A stretch of 64,000 bases of DNA from Haliotis rufescens (lineage: Eukaryota), in assembly GCF_023055435.1 (NCBI RefSeq), contig NW_025963779.1, positions 84,382,001 to 84,446,000 of the forward strand, read 5' to 3'. Below are positions 11,830 to 25,129 of this stretch, in pieces (position 1 is the first letter of the stretch; each line of letters opens with the position of its first letter). Made by a program: the position numbers and the translations under genes. The notes under the pieces were generated by a model. That model did no database searches. It saw only the letters and a list, made by a program, of their open reading frames with translations, and had not been told where the DNA came from.

Positions 11830-12062
11830 TGGGGAGCAACCATTGATTTTCAGGGAGGGATGGAATTTTGGTTTGAGATCATAATTTTTATTACAACATA
11901 AACAGGTGATCAGTTATATATTTTGTTATATGAAAAAATAACGAACTGTTTTCTTTGAACACTTGTCTGCAAGAAAAGGGCACATTATATTTTCCCTACA
12001 ATGCGAGACATATGTAATTTCTTTTCAGTAACCCCTCCTGAAACGCAATGGTTGCTTCCCTA
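11830..12062. mobile_element. MITE with ~30-bp TIRs
   Basis: gggagcaaccattgattttcagggaggg / ccctcctgaaacgcaatggttgcttccc. Confidence 0.7.
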
Positions 12063-12980
12063 CAGGGATGGTTACAGAAGTGACATGGAAGTACCAGCTG
12101 ATCATGAATCATTGTCAAGATTGGTTATAGCCGGGACGAAATACGTTACAAAGTCCTAACACGTCAAAGGTATGGTGGATATGACAGTGTCCTTGCGGAA
12201 TCAACGATATTGTTATTCTTAACAACGCTGAAGAGACTCCATGCCAGCTTGCAGTGCAAAAATATTATCTCTATTAACGCTCGAATAATCCCCTTGTAGA
12301 AATGAGTGCAACACACATCACACCCCTGAGTGACACGGATCATGTTATTTATACATACATGTATTAATTAATGAACAATAAGTAAACAAAACGCTAGCGC
12401 GAAGGGGTTTGCTTTTTTCACGAAACGACATTTTGAAATGTTGCGAACTTGTAATCAGAGATATCCCGAACTGGAAAGACACATGTTTAATAAATTAATT
12501 TGCAAATTAAACAGAAGTTGTGAGTTCTGTTACCACCACGTGAAATGTGATTTATGTATTTAGACACGTGTTGCTTTTTATCATAATTGTTTCTGCATAT
12601 TCACAATAATTTTCCCATATATGTGAAATAATCTCTCTGTTTCCATCCCTGAAAACAAGCAGAGTAGACACCTGTATTCAATGCTTGAAAGAGCGGACTA
12701 AAATGGGGATTGGGTGGTTACAACGTGTGAGCTGGCTGATTGTTTGTGCCCTAACCCACTGGCCGTTGTTCTTGAGGTCAGGCTCAAAACGAACCTATGC
12801 TGACGGTTCAGGTATTTATTACTCGAGAATGGCGATATATACATAAACGGGACAATTGAGGATGTATGACTGCAGACACTTCGAGATAGAGAGAAATCTT
12901 TGTACAGCTATCGACATTAGGCCGGTGTCTGAAAGCCCTCAAGAAAACGAAGAAAATAAAACCGTTCTCTATGGATTACT

Positions 12981-13114
12981 GTAAGGGACATTCTCGCGAT
13001 CTCGACTTTTGGAAACGAGATGGTCAAATCTCGCGTTCTCGCGATCTCGCATTCTCAGGTTTTGGGCATATTTAGCTCATTTCCAAAAAGGCGAGATCGC
13101 GAGAATTTCCCTTA
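12981..13114. mobile_element. MITE with long TIRs and TTAA-like ends
   Basis: taagggacattctcgcgatctcg..ttttggaaa / tttccaaaaaggcgagatcgcgagaatttcccttaa. Confidence 0.75.
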
Positions 13115-13579
13115 AAGTATTCCCTAGTTCCCAAATGCTCTGGCGTCAGGTTATACCATGGGTAGACAACTTCTACAGTTTTCTTTGAAATCAGTTGTTT
13201 GCCAAATGCGTTAACAGAGTGAAAGTGTGGTTCCACGCAGACTTGGTTCTACGCCAACAGATTCAAAGACTGCAGAAAAGTCAAATGAACAGGGAAATTT
13301 ACACAACCTTTGGAGAAAAAATATAAATGTCATATGACATGAAACGAATCCCTCAAGCATCTGCTAATGACATTTTAAATGACATTAAAACCAGTTTCTT
13401 TTCATTTTATACATCGTAGAATTATTGACAGAAGGATTTAGAAGAAATCAGTTGTATTTTTTCAGGAGGGTCGATGACAGGAGTGCAGCGTTGGAGACAC
13501 GCAGCCAGGGATATGTTGGGACACGCTCGCTTCACAAGTAAAAGATTGTCACACCAACAATATACATGTAGTTTTAGTG

Positions 13580-13672
13580 ACGAATGAAGCGATCTTAGCG
13601 TCACGATGGCCGTAACTCCCATGCTTTCGCATAGCTTTACGACAGTCGTAGCACTGAGATCGTTTCGTGGAA
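13580..13672. mobile_element. Degenerate short palindromic MITE, family also at 31138-31340
   Basis: aagcgatcttagcg..gtaactcccat..ttacgac..tcgtagc..agatcgttt shared with 31138-31340. Confidence 0.65.
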
Positions 13673-13729
13673 GGGTCTCTGGACCCTCTCCCCTTTATCC
13701 TGCCCCCGCTGGTGACCCCTTCAGTCCTA

Positions 13730-14021
13730 CTACCGTCAGCTCCATCCGTCGTCAATCCGTCAGCTCCCTCTGTCGTCATCCCTTCAACTCCCCCTAACGT
13801 CATCACCTCAGCCCCTACCGTCATCCCTTCAGCTCCCGCTACCGTCATCACTTCAGCCCTACCGTCATCACTTCAGCCCTTACCGTCATCACTTCAGCTC
13901 CCGCTACCGTCATCACTTCAGCTCCCGCTACCGTCATCACTTCAGCCCCTACCGTCATCCTTTCAGCTCCAGCTACCGTCATCACTTCAGCCCTTACCGT
14001 AATCCCTTCAGCTCCCGCTAC
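13730..14021. repeat. 21/24-bp tandem repeat (Pro/Ser/Thr/Ala/Val-rich if translated)
   Basis: Units such as cgtcatcacttcagctcccgctac. Confidence 0.85.
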
Positions 14022-17000
14022 CGTCATTGTTACCTTTACACCCTGTAGATAGAGGAGCGTCATTGTTACCTTTACACCCTGTAGATAGAGGAGCGTCATT
14101 GTTACCTTAACACCATGTAGATAGAGGAGCGTCATTGTTACCTTTACACCCTGTAGACAGAGGAGAGTCATTGTTACCTTAACACCCTGTAGACAGAGGA
14201 GAGTCATTGTTACCTTTACACCCTGTTGACAGAGGAGAGTCATTGTTACCTTAACACCCTGTAGATAGAGGAGCGTCATTGTTACCTTTACACCCTGTAG
14301 ACAGAGGAGAGTCATTGTTACCTTAACACCCTGTAGATAGAGGAGAGTCACTGTTACCTTTACATCCTGTAGATAGAGGAGAGTCATTGTTACCTTTACA
14401 CCCTGTAGACAGAGGAGAGTCATTGTTACCTTTACACCCTGTAGACAGAGGAGAGTCACTGTTACCTTTACACCCTGTAGATAGAGGAGCGTCATTGTTA
14501 CCTTTACACCCTGTAGACAGAGGAGAGTCATTGTTACCTTTACACCCTGTAGATAGAGGAGCGTCATTGTTACCTTTACACCCTGTAGACAGAGGAGAGT
14601 CATTGTTACCTTTACACCCTGTAGACAGAGGAGAGTCATTGTTACCTTTACACCCTGTAGACAGAGGAGAGTCATTGTTACCTTTACATCCTGTAGATAG
14701 AGGAGCGTCATTGTTACCTTTACACCCTGTAGACAGAGGAGAGTCATTGTTACCTTTACACCCTGTAGATAGAGGAGAGTCATTGTTACCTTTACACCCT
14801 GTAGACAGAGGAGAGTCATTGTTACCTTTACATCCTGTAGATAGAGGAGCGTCATTGTTACCTTTACACCCTGTAGATAGAGAAGAGTCATTGTTACCTT
14901 TACACCCTGTAGACAGAGGAGAGTCATTGTTACCTTTACACCCTGTAGATCGAGGAGAGTCATTGTTACCTTTACACCCTGTAGACAGAGGAGAGTCATT
15001 GTTACCTTTACATCCTGTAGATAGAGGAGAGTCATTGTTACCTTTACACCCTGTAGATAGAGGAGAGTCATTGTTACCTTTACACCCTGTAGATAGAGGA
15101 GCGTCATTGTTACCTTTACACCCTGTAGATAGAGGAGAGTCATTGTTACCTTTACACCCTGTAGACAGAGGAGAGTCATTGTTACCTTTACATCCTGTAG
15201 ATAGAGGAGAGTCATTGTTACCTTTACGCCCTGTAGACAGAGGAGAGTCATTGTTACCTTTACACCCTGTAGACAGAGGAGAATCATTGTTACCGTAACA
15301 CCATGTAGACAGAGGAGTGTCATTGTTACCTTTACACCATATAGACAGAGGAGTGTCATTGTTACCTTTACACCCTGTAGACAGAGGAGTGTCATTGTTA
15401 CCTTAACACCCTGTAGACAGAGGAGAGTCATTGTTACCTTAACACCCTGTAGACAGAGGAGAGTCATTGTTACCTTAACACCCTGTAGATAGAGGAGAGT
15501 CACTGTTACCTTAACACCCTGTAGATAGAGGAGAGTCACTGTAACCCTTACACCCTGTAGATAGAGGAGAGTCACTGTTACCTTAACACCCTGTAGATAG
15601 AGGAGCGTCATTGTTACCTTAACACCCTGTAGATAGAGGAGCGTCATTGTTACCTTTACACCATGTAGATAGAGGAGAGTCATTGTTACCTTTACACCCT
15701 GTAGACAGAGGAGAGTCATTGTTACCTTTACACCCTGTAGACAGAGGAGAGTCATTGTTACCTTTACACCCTGTAGATAGAGGAGAGTCACTGTTACCTT
15801 TACACCATGTAGATAGAGGAGAGTCATTGTTACCCTTACACCCTGTAGATAGAGGAGCGTCATTATTACCTTAACACCCTGTAGATAGAGGAGCGTCATT
15901 GTTACCTTTACACCCTGTAGACAGAGGAGAGTCACTGTTACCTTTACACCCTGTAGATAGAGGAGCGTCATTGTTACCTTTACACCCTGTAGATAGAGGA
16001 GCGTCATTGTTACCTTTACACCCTGTAGATAGAGGAGAGTCATTGTTACCTTTACACCCTGTAGATAGAGGAGAGTCACTGTTACCTTAACACCCTGTAG
16101 ATAGAGGAGCGTCATTGTTACCTTAACATCCTGTATATAGAGGAGCGTCATTGTTACCTTTACACCCTGTAGATAGAGGAGAGTCACTGTTACCTTAACA
16201 CCCTGTAGATAGAGGAGCGTCATTGTTACCTTTACACCCTGTAGATAGAGGAGAGTCATTGTTACCTTTACACCCTGTAGATAGAGGAGAGTCACTGTTA
16301 CCTTAACACCCTGTAGATAGAGGAGCGTCATTGTTACCTTAACATCCTGTATATAGAGGAGCGTCATTGTTACCTTTACACCCTGTAGATAGAGGAGAGT
16401 CATTGTTACCTTTACACCCTGTAGACAGAGGAGAGTCACTGTTACCTTTACACCCTGTAGACAGAGGAGAGTCATTGTTACCTTTACACCCTGTAGATAG
16501 AGGAGAGTCATTGTTACCTTTACACCCTGTAGACAGAGGAGAGTCATTGTTACCTTTACATCCTGTAGATAGAGGAGCGTCATTGTTACCTTTACACCCT
16601 GTAGATAGAGGAGAGTCATTGTTACCTTTACACCCTGTAGACAGAGGAGAGTCATTGTTACCTTTACACCCTGTAGATCGAGGAGAGTCATTGTTACCTT
16701 TACACCCTGTAGACAGAGGAGAGTCATTGTTACCTTTACATCCTGTAGATAGAGGAGAGTCATTGTTACCTTTACACCCTGTAGATAGAGGAGAGTCATT
16801 GTTACCTTTACACCCTGTAGACAGAGGAGAGTCATTGTTACCTTTACATCCTGTAGATAGAGGAGAGTCATTGTTACCTTTACACCCTGTAGATAGAGGA
16901 GCGTCATTGTTACCTTTACACCCTGTAGATAGAGGAGAGTCATTGTTACCTTTACACCCTGTAGACAGAGGAGAGTCATTGTTACCTTTACATCCTGTAG

Positions 17001-20000
17001 ATAGAGGAGAGTCATTGTTACCTTTACACCCTGTAGACAGAGGAGAGTCATTGTTGCCTTTACACCCTGTAGACAGAGGAGAGTCATTGTTACCGTAACA
17101 CCATGTAGACAGAGGAGTGTCATTGTTACCTTTACACCATATAGACAGAGGAGTGTCATTGTTACCTTTACACCCTGTAGACAGAGGAGTGTCATTGTTA
17201 CCTTAACACCCTGTAGACAGAGGAGAGTCATTGTTACCTTAACACCCTGTAGACAGAGGAGAGTCATTGTTACCTTAACACCCTGTAGATAGAGGAGAGT
17301 CACTGTTACCTTAACACCCTGTAGATAGAGGAGAGTCACTGTAACCCTTACACCCTGTAGATAGAGGAGAGTCACTGTTACCTTAACACCCTGTAGATAG
17401 AGGAGCGTCATTGTTACCTTAACACCCTGTAGATAGAGGAGCGTCATTGTTACCTTTACACCCTGTAGACAGAGGAGAGTCATTGTTACCTTTACACCCT
17501 GTAGACAGAGGAGAGTCATTGTTACCTTTACACCCTGTAGACAGAGGAGAGTCATTGTTACCTTTACACCCTGTAGATAGAGGAGAGTCACTGTTACCTT
17601 TACACCATGTAGATAGAGGAGAGTCATTGTTACCCTTACACCCTGTAGATAGAGGAGCGTCATTGTTACCTTAACACCCTGTAGATAGAGGAGCGTCATT
17701 GTTACCTTTACACCCTGTAGACAGAGGAGAGTCACTGTTACCTTTACACCCTGTAGATAGAGGAGCGTCATTGTTACCTTTACACCCTGTAGATAGAGGA
17801 GAGTCACTGTTACCTTAACACCCTGTAGATAGAGGAGCGTCATTGTTACCTTTACACCCTGTAGATAGAGGAGAGTCATTGTTACCTTTACACCCTGTAG
17901 ATAGAGGAGAGTCACTGTTACCTTAACACCCTGTAGATAGAGGAGCGTCATTGTTACCTTAACATCCTGTATATAGAGGAGCGTCATTGTTACCTTTACA
18001 CCCTGTAGATAGAGGAGAGTCATTGTTACCTTTACACCCTGTAGACAGAGGAGAGTCACTGTTACCTTTACACCCTGTAGACAGAGGAGAGTCATTGTTA
18101 CCTTTACACCCTGTAGATAGAGGAGCGTCATTGTTACCTTTACACCCTGTTGACAGAGGAGAGTCACTGTTACCTTTACACCCTGTAGATAGAGGAGAGT
18201 CATTGTTACCTTTACACCCTGTAGACAGAGGAGAGTCACTGTTACCTTTACACCCTGTAGACAGAGGAGAGTCATTGTTACCTTTACACCCTGTAGATAG
18301 AGGAGAGTCATTGTTACCTTTACACCCTGTAGACAGAGGAGAGTCATTTTTACCTTAACACCATGTAGATAGAGGAGAGTCATTGTTACCTTTACACCCT
18401 GTAGACAGAGGAGAGTCATTGTTACCTTTACACCCTGTAGATAGAGGAGAGTCACTGTTACCTTTACACCCTGTAGACAGAGGAGAGTCACTGTAACCCT
18501 TACACCCTGTAGATAGAGGAGAGTCACTGTTACCTTTACACCCTGTAGATAGAGGAGTGTCATTGTTACCTTTACACCCTGTAGATAGAGGAGCGTCATT
18601 GTTACCTTTACACCCTGTAGATAGAGGAGAGTCAGTGTTACCTTAACACCATGTAGATAGAGGAGAGTCACTGTTACCTTTACACTCTGTAGACAGGGGA
18701 GTGTCATTGTTACCTTTACACCATGTAGACAGAGGAGAGTCACTGTAACCCTTACACCATGTAGACAGAGGAGAGTCACTGTTACCTTTACACCATGTAG
18801 ACAGAGGAGAGTCACTGTAACCCTTACACCATGTAGACAGAGGAGAGTCACTGTTACCTTAACACCCTGTAGATAGAGGAGAGTCATTGTTACCTTTACA
18901 CCATGTAGACAGAGGAGAGTCAGTGTTACATTAACACCCTGTAGACAGAGGAGAGTCACTGTTACCTTTACACCCTGTAGATAGAGGAGCGTCATTGTTA
19001 CCTTTACACCCTGTAGAAAGAGGAGAGTCATTGTTACCTTTACACCCTGTAGACAGAGGAGAGTCACTGTTACCTTAACACCCTGTAGATAGAGGAGAGT
19101 CACTGTAACCCTTACACCCTGTAGATAGAGGAGAGTCACTGTTACCTTAACACCCTGTAGATAGAGGAGCGTCATTGTTACCTTAACACCCTGTAGATAG
19201 AGGAGCGTCATTGTTACCTTTACACCCTGTAGATAGAGGAGAGTCATTGTTACCTTTACACCCTGTAGACAGAGGAGAGTCACTGTTACCTTTACACCCT
19301 GTAGACAGAGGAGAGTCATTGTTACCTTTACACCCTGTAGATAGAGGAGAGTCACTGTTACCTTTACACCCTGTAGATAGAGGAGAGTCATTGTTACCTT
19401 TACACCCTGTAGACAGAGGAGAGTCACTGTAACCCTTACACCATGTAGACAGAGGAGAATCAGTGTTACATTAACACCCTGTAGACAGAGGAGAGTCATT
19501 GTTACCTTTACACCCTGTAGATAGAGGAGCGTCATTGTTACCTTTACACCCTGTAGATAGAGGAGAGTCATTGTTACCTTTACACCCTGTAGACAGAGGA
19601 GAGTCATTGTTACCTTTACACCCTGTAGACAGAGGAGTGTCATTGTTACCTTTACACCCTGTAGACAGAGGAGAGTCACTGTTACCTTAACACCCTGTAG
19701 ACAGAGGAGAGTCATTGTTACCTTAACACTCTGTAGACAGAGGAGAGTCATTGTTACCTTAACACCCTGTAGACAGAGGAGAGTCATTGTTACCTTTACA
19801 CCCTGTAGACAGAGGAGAGTCACTGTTACCTTTACACCCTGTAGATAGAGGAGAGTCACTGTTACCTTAACACCCTGTAGATAGAGGAGCGTCATTGTTA
19901 CCTTTACACCCTGTAGACAGAGGAGAGTCATTGTTACCTTTACACCCTGTAGACAGGGGAGAGTCATTGTTACCTTAACACCCTGTAGACAGAGGAGAGT

Positions 20001-20086
20001 CAGTGTTACCTTAACACCATGTAGATAGAGGAGAGTCACTGTTACCTTTACACTCTGTAGACAGAGGAGAGTCACTGTTACCTTAC
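14022..20086. repeat. 36-bp minisatellite, ~168 copies, with higher-order duplication
   Basis: Unit gtcattgttacctttacaccctgtagayagaggaga. Confidence 0.98.
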
Positions 20087-20844
20087 ATCTGTTTTACTTT
20101 CAAGGCAAACACAGGTCTGGGTGCACAAAGTCAACGCTGCTGGTACTATTTCTTGAGATATTTCAAAGCTGCCATAGCTGGAAACACAATAAATGTACCA
20201 AATATTTGCAATTAAAACTTTAAGTAATTAACAAACCATTGATTGGGGCGCTCTTTGGTTAGGAATGGGAACAAACCTGTGAGCCTGACTCACTAGATAC
20301 TGACTCTGTGAGGACAGCACTGAGATTAGAGAGTTCACAGTCTGCAAACAGCACTTTGTAATATGTGGAGAGGGCCCAGTCAGCTAATTACCAGGTGTTC
20401 CTCTCACTGGTGGCGGGCATGCTAAGGGGTGGTATGTTGTAGTCAGGTGGGACTGTTGCTCCATGTGTGGGGGGAGATTAGGGCACTGTAGACGATGTCT
20501 GTGACGTGTCACAACAATGCGACGTGGGCAGTGTGGATCTTCGCTGACCACACGAGTAGGTAGATTAACAGAGGGTCGCATTTGTTTAAGCTGGGAGTGA
20601 GGCTGCGCAGAAACACACAAAATTTAATTAACAGAAGGGTGTGATTGTGTTTGTCGTTGTCTGTGTACACGGCGCGATCAGACGCCATAATGCCGAAATC
20701 GAGCAGGCTACTGAGCTCATGAGGTGAGCAGTGAGATGTTACTGTCCACTGACCAAAGAACGGGTATCGCTGTGGTCAGCCTGTCTGTGTGCCTATGCAC
20801 CAGTTATAAGTCCGAATGGGTCAGTGGATGAATTAAAGGGATGA

Positions 20845-20932
20845 ATCGTGGATTCGAACTCACGACTAGCGGATCCTGGCACGCTACTGGACGCAACTCC
20901 GTTCTCCGCCTTAGACTGGTGGACCACCCGCA
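20845..20932 (-). mobile_element. Degenerate tRNA-derived head related to the SINE D head
   Basis: Minus strand cgggtggtcc..gtctaaggcg..gagttgcgtcc..gtgagttcgaatcc aligns with 50886-50980. Confidence 0.55.
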
Positions 20933-21546
20933 TGCCTAACGTCACAACGAAAGAGTAACAGAGCTTCGGGACATGCGGCCACAACATTATCTTCTCAGAC
21001 ATAGCCTTAGCTACCCGCAGATCAATTATAAGCTTCAGTCAATCGATGTTTCCTTTCCATATAAAATAGAATATTTTTGTTGTTTGTTTGTTGTTTAACG
21101 CCGCACTCAAAGTCAAGAAGTGTCGAGCTGAGATGGATTTCTAAAGTGAAACGTATTGTAAGGAAACCATGGGTTGACTTTTCTCATTGGAAACAATTCT
21201 CAAATCGCGCAAAATATTAACTCGAAGTCCCATAACAGTGGCCATACTCTAGGAGCCAGGATCTTAACGTTGTTGGAGAATTGTGATATATCTTGTCCAA
21301 CATTGATCTTGTCTGATCAATCGAAACTATGGCTCGGTGGTGATATTTGTAGATATAGGACTAATGTCACTCCGCACCAAATGAGGCCCAGGTGTGGTAA
21401 TTAGTGGAGTCACCGGGGGCCGCGTCTGTTCACCTGTAGGAACACCTTCAGTTTTTGTGACGAGTAGTTTACATCGGAGTAGCACAGGAATGATGTGGGG
21501 TAATAGTAAACCGACGTCACTCCAATCATCAAATTACTCACACTGA

Positions 21547-21712
21547 GTGAGTGAGTGAGTATGGTTTTACGCCGCTTTTAGCAATATTCCAGCAATATCA
21601 CGGCGGGGGACACCAGAAATGGGCTTCACACATTGTACCCATGTCGGGAATCGAACCCGGGTCTTCGGCGTGACGAGCGAACGCTTTAACCACTGGGCTA
21701 CCTGACCACCCC
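21547..21712 (-). mobile_element. tRNA-derived SINE family B, full copy
   Basis: A/B boxes, (actc)n tail, TSD tactcacactgag. Confidence 0.9.
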
Positions 21713-21987
21713 CTACTCACACTGAGACAATCGGGACAAGGGGTGATTGAGTGAATCAAGTTTTACGCAGCTTTGAACAATATTTTTCATGGCGGCCTCG
21801 TCGCAACCGGAGTTTGCAGTTGTGAGTGAGTGAACTGTGTTCAACACCGCTTTGAACACCATTTCAGCTAGACGACCGCGCGCCTGTAACTCTGCACGAG
21901 TTCTGGCTCTATAAACCTGTGAGCTACCCAACAAAGTGTTATCAGAATTGCAGCACCTTGCACGACTTGACAATACGTGAGCGGCAT

Positions 21988-22228
21988 TGATTGGTTGGTT
22001 GGCTCGTTGTTTAACGCCGCACTCAGCAATATTCCAGCTATATGACGGCGGTCTGTAAATAATTGAGTCTGGACCAGACAATCCAGTGATTGATATCATC
22101 ATGATCATCGATCCACGCAATTGGGATCGATGACATGCATCAACCAAGTCACCGAGCCTGACCACCCGATCCCATTAGTCGCCTCTTAGGACAAGCATAG
22201 TCGCCTTTTACGGCAAGCATGGGTTGCA
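21988..22228 (-). mobile_element. SINE family A copy
   Basis: Reverse complement of consensus. Confidence 0.9.
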
Positions 22229-23309
22229 ACTTCATCAAGTTGCGAGTGCATGTTCGAATTTCCAGAAATGACGTCATGATAGAACAATGGTTATCGTGAA
22301 ATAAACCACGCTTCGTTCTTCATTGCTCTTTGCGATTTATCGCGAAGTTAACTTATATATGTTCATAAATAAATGTGTGCTGTGAATAAGACACGAAAAG
22401 CTTATCATTAATGCAAAAAATCAGTAAATGTGTTCATGGACTATTATGGTATGGCGGCAACTGCGGCCCTCAAAATTACGAGTCTCCTTTTGTTTATTTT
22501 TAGTTGATTGTTTATAAAAATTCATTCTTCGTAAAGTTTGCCAAGATTTGGACTCGGAATAATGTGTGATTCAGTATGCCTTTATGTCATTGTACCCTCA
22601 ACAAACCTGTGACATTTCTTGACCTTACATGACGTGCATTACACAAGTCCCGGATGCCGCGTCCAGTACGACCAATCTGCACCTGTGGGAGCACAAGGCG
22701 ACAAAGCGCGGACCTGTGAGAAGACGGCATCACATTCACGTGACACGAGTTCCACGTGCTTGTCACGTCCCATCTGCCGAGTCATCCAACAGTGCGATAC
22801 ATATCACCCTCTTCCCAAACACAGCAGGGACGTATGATTACACTGTTTAACACAATCCGACAGACTCAGGACGTGACCCCCTCCCAACATTTCACATGCC
22901 CCGGTCCTTTTCCGATTCGCCATCTTTACTCGGTTCAGAGGTGACACACAGAAACGACCCCAGATACACGACCACGATGTCAGCATGGTTTGCACCTCAA
23001 ATAGATCATATATAGTCAGACATTACATAACCATCTAACAGCCAGGTCAATACGGTGCATTTCACAGTGTTCTTGTCGGGAAAATGAACATATGTTACGA
23101 AATCGAATGCCATACAACAAGTCTTACCTATTTGAAATACTAAACGTTAAATCATAGTGTCTAGTAAAGCTTTATCGCAAATTTCACATAATTATTGACG
23201 AAGTTTATGATCCCAAATTCGTCCACCTGAAAGGAAACGAGGCGAGGCACTATTGTCAACATTCAGTTTTGTATACTACTGTATACTTGCGCTTTTTCAT
23301 GTTGTCTGA

Positions 23310-23486
23310 GGGGGCGGTCGGGTAGCCTAGTGGTTAAAGCGTTCGCTCGTCATGCTGAAGACCCGGGTTCGATTCCCGACATGGGTACAATGTGTGAAGC
23401 CCATTTCTGGTGTCCCCCGCCGTGATATTGCTGGAATATTGCTAAAAGCGGCGTACAACCATACCCACTCACTCACTCACTCACTC
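23310..23486 (+). mobile_element. tRNA-derived SINE family B, full copy
   Basis: tagcctagtgg A box, ggttcgattcc B box, TSD tgttgtctga. Confidence 0.9.
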
Positions 23487-23921
23487 GTGTTGTCTGATTT
23501 CCTTCCGCGGGAAGTACATTCGATTACAGGTAAATCTGGAGGATTTCAACAAACACGAGATGTCTACAATGCCGCCACCGTCCCGCATGGGGAGTAGGTG
23601 CTGTTTCAACTTTGCTATTTACCTGCCAGGTAATTGTCCCAATGTCAGGTGTGTTGATTGTCCCGAGAGAATGAAGCTTGTTATTCAGGTACATACATGT
23701 ACGGTAATGTCAACTCACTAGGTCATGACCACATTCGTTGTGAGGTTCATGCCGGCCTTGATACATACCAGTTGAATACGACACGTAACTTATACAGGAC
23801 TTTGATTGCTGTCTGTCGTGTGTGAATTTTATAAAATATTATTTCGGTGTTGTAATATGCATTTTGTTATGAACTTAAAAACAATATAAGATAAACACAT
23901 GTATATACATTACGTTTAACT

Positions 23922-24195
23922 GGACCCGTGAAGATTCCGGGGTAGAATAGGTCTTCAGCAACCCATGCTTGCCGTAAAAGGTGACTATGCTTGTCGTAAA
24001 AGGCGACTAATGGGATCGGGTGGTCAGGCTCGCTGACTTGGTTGATACATGTCATCGATCCCAATTGCGTGGATCGATGCTGATGATATTAATCACTGGA
24101 TTGTCTGGTCCAGACTCGATTATTTACAGACCGCCGTCATATAGCTGGAATATTGCTGAGTGCGGCGTTAAACAACAAACCAAACCAAACCAAAA
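23922..24195 (+). mobile_element. SINE family A full copy
   Basis: Starts gacccgtgaaga, ends (ccaaa)n. Confidence 0.9.
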
Positions 24196-24209
24196 AACAT
24201 TGAACTGAG

Positions 24210-24430
24210 TTATACCAAAAGACGTTTAAAGATAGTATTTCTTGTTATTCTGCATAGCGCTCGGGATTAAGGCATAAAACAAGCACAGGTCGGCTCACAA
24301 TCAGTATACTGTATCTGAGTGTTGTATCCATGCTAGATCGCGGCTTTGTATCTTAGTGGGCTAGCACTATATAGTCCGGACTAGTACGTGAAGCCACGCA
24401 CTCACTCACTCACTCACGCACGCACACGCT
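24210..24430 (+). mobile_element. SINE family C, degenerate and headless
   Basis: ataccaaaagacgtt..agtatactgt..ctagcactat..gtccggactagtac matches 2910-3100. Confidence 0.75.
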
Positions 24431-25073
24431 GCGGTCTGTGACACGGCGAGCCAGGCCATATAAACCAGAGGTTAACAACATGAACACCAAAGGGTTGTGA
24501 TGATATAACATCAGACAGCACATGACACGTTGTATCAGCCCAATCTTCATCAGTCGGCGGAGACGTTTACCGAGGGGAGGACCCCCGAGCACCGTGCAGG
24601 TTGGCGCAGAACCACCAGGGACCACAACTCACGGACTACAAGCGGATCACTGGAGTGCAAAGGGGCGCAACTTTGAACAGTGACATATTCTGACAAGATG
24701 GCCAAGTTGTTCAGTCGACAGACGTTTGCTGAATATTCGTAATGGATTAAATCGTTTTTGTTTCTGTCTCATACATGTCACTGGGTCGTAAAACTATTCT
24801 CGTCACGGTCTTGTGACCGCACCGCTTCAAATTTCCGACGCCGTTCGGCAAAGTCCGGCGTTCGTCGTTGTCCAGTGTGATCTCATTCTTTGTTTGAGTC
24901 CCCACTATTTCATTCTCTTGTGATTTATTGGCATACTCTTACCATGTATTGACTTGATATATGTCATCGCATATATGTTTGCTGCCTCATTCTTGTATTG
25001 AAAATGTTTTTGTGACTATGATTTTCAAACATTAGAGGGATTATCTGGTACTGGAAGATATTTTCTCTGTATG

Positions 25074-25129
25074 TCATCATCATCATCATCATCGTCGTCG
25101 TTGTCGTCGTCGTCGTCGTCATCATCATC
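25074..25129. repeat. Compound (CAT)n(CGT)n microsatellite
   Basis: Direct reading. Confidence 0.9.

Noticed and set aside
13848-20075. 2075-aa ORF (VKVTMTLLYLQG repeats)
   Set aside because: It arises from a 36-bp unit (multiple of 3) with no stop in that frame. Variants are freely non-synonymous and there is no unique N-terminus or signal. Best explained as a satellite artefact unless expression or peptides are found.
23310-23385. tRNA gene-like sequences (also 2837, 47860, 50880)
   Set aside because: They continue into shared SINE bodies with tails and TSDs, and lack proper cloverleaf ends and terminators.
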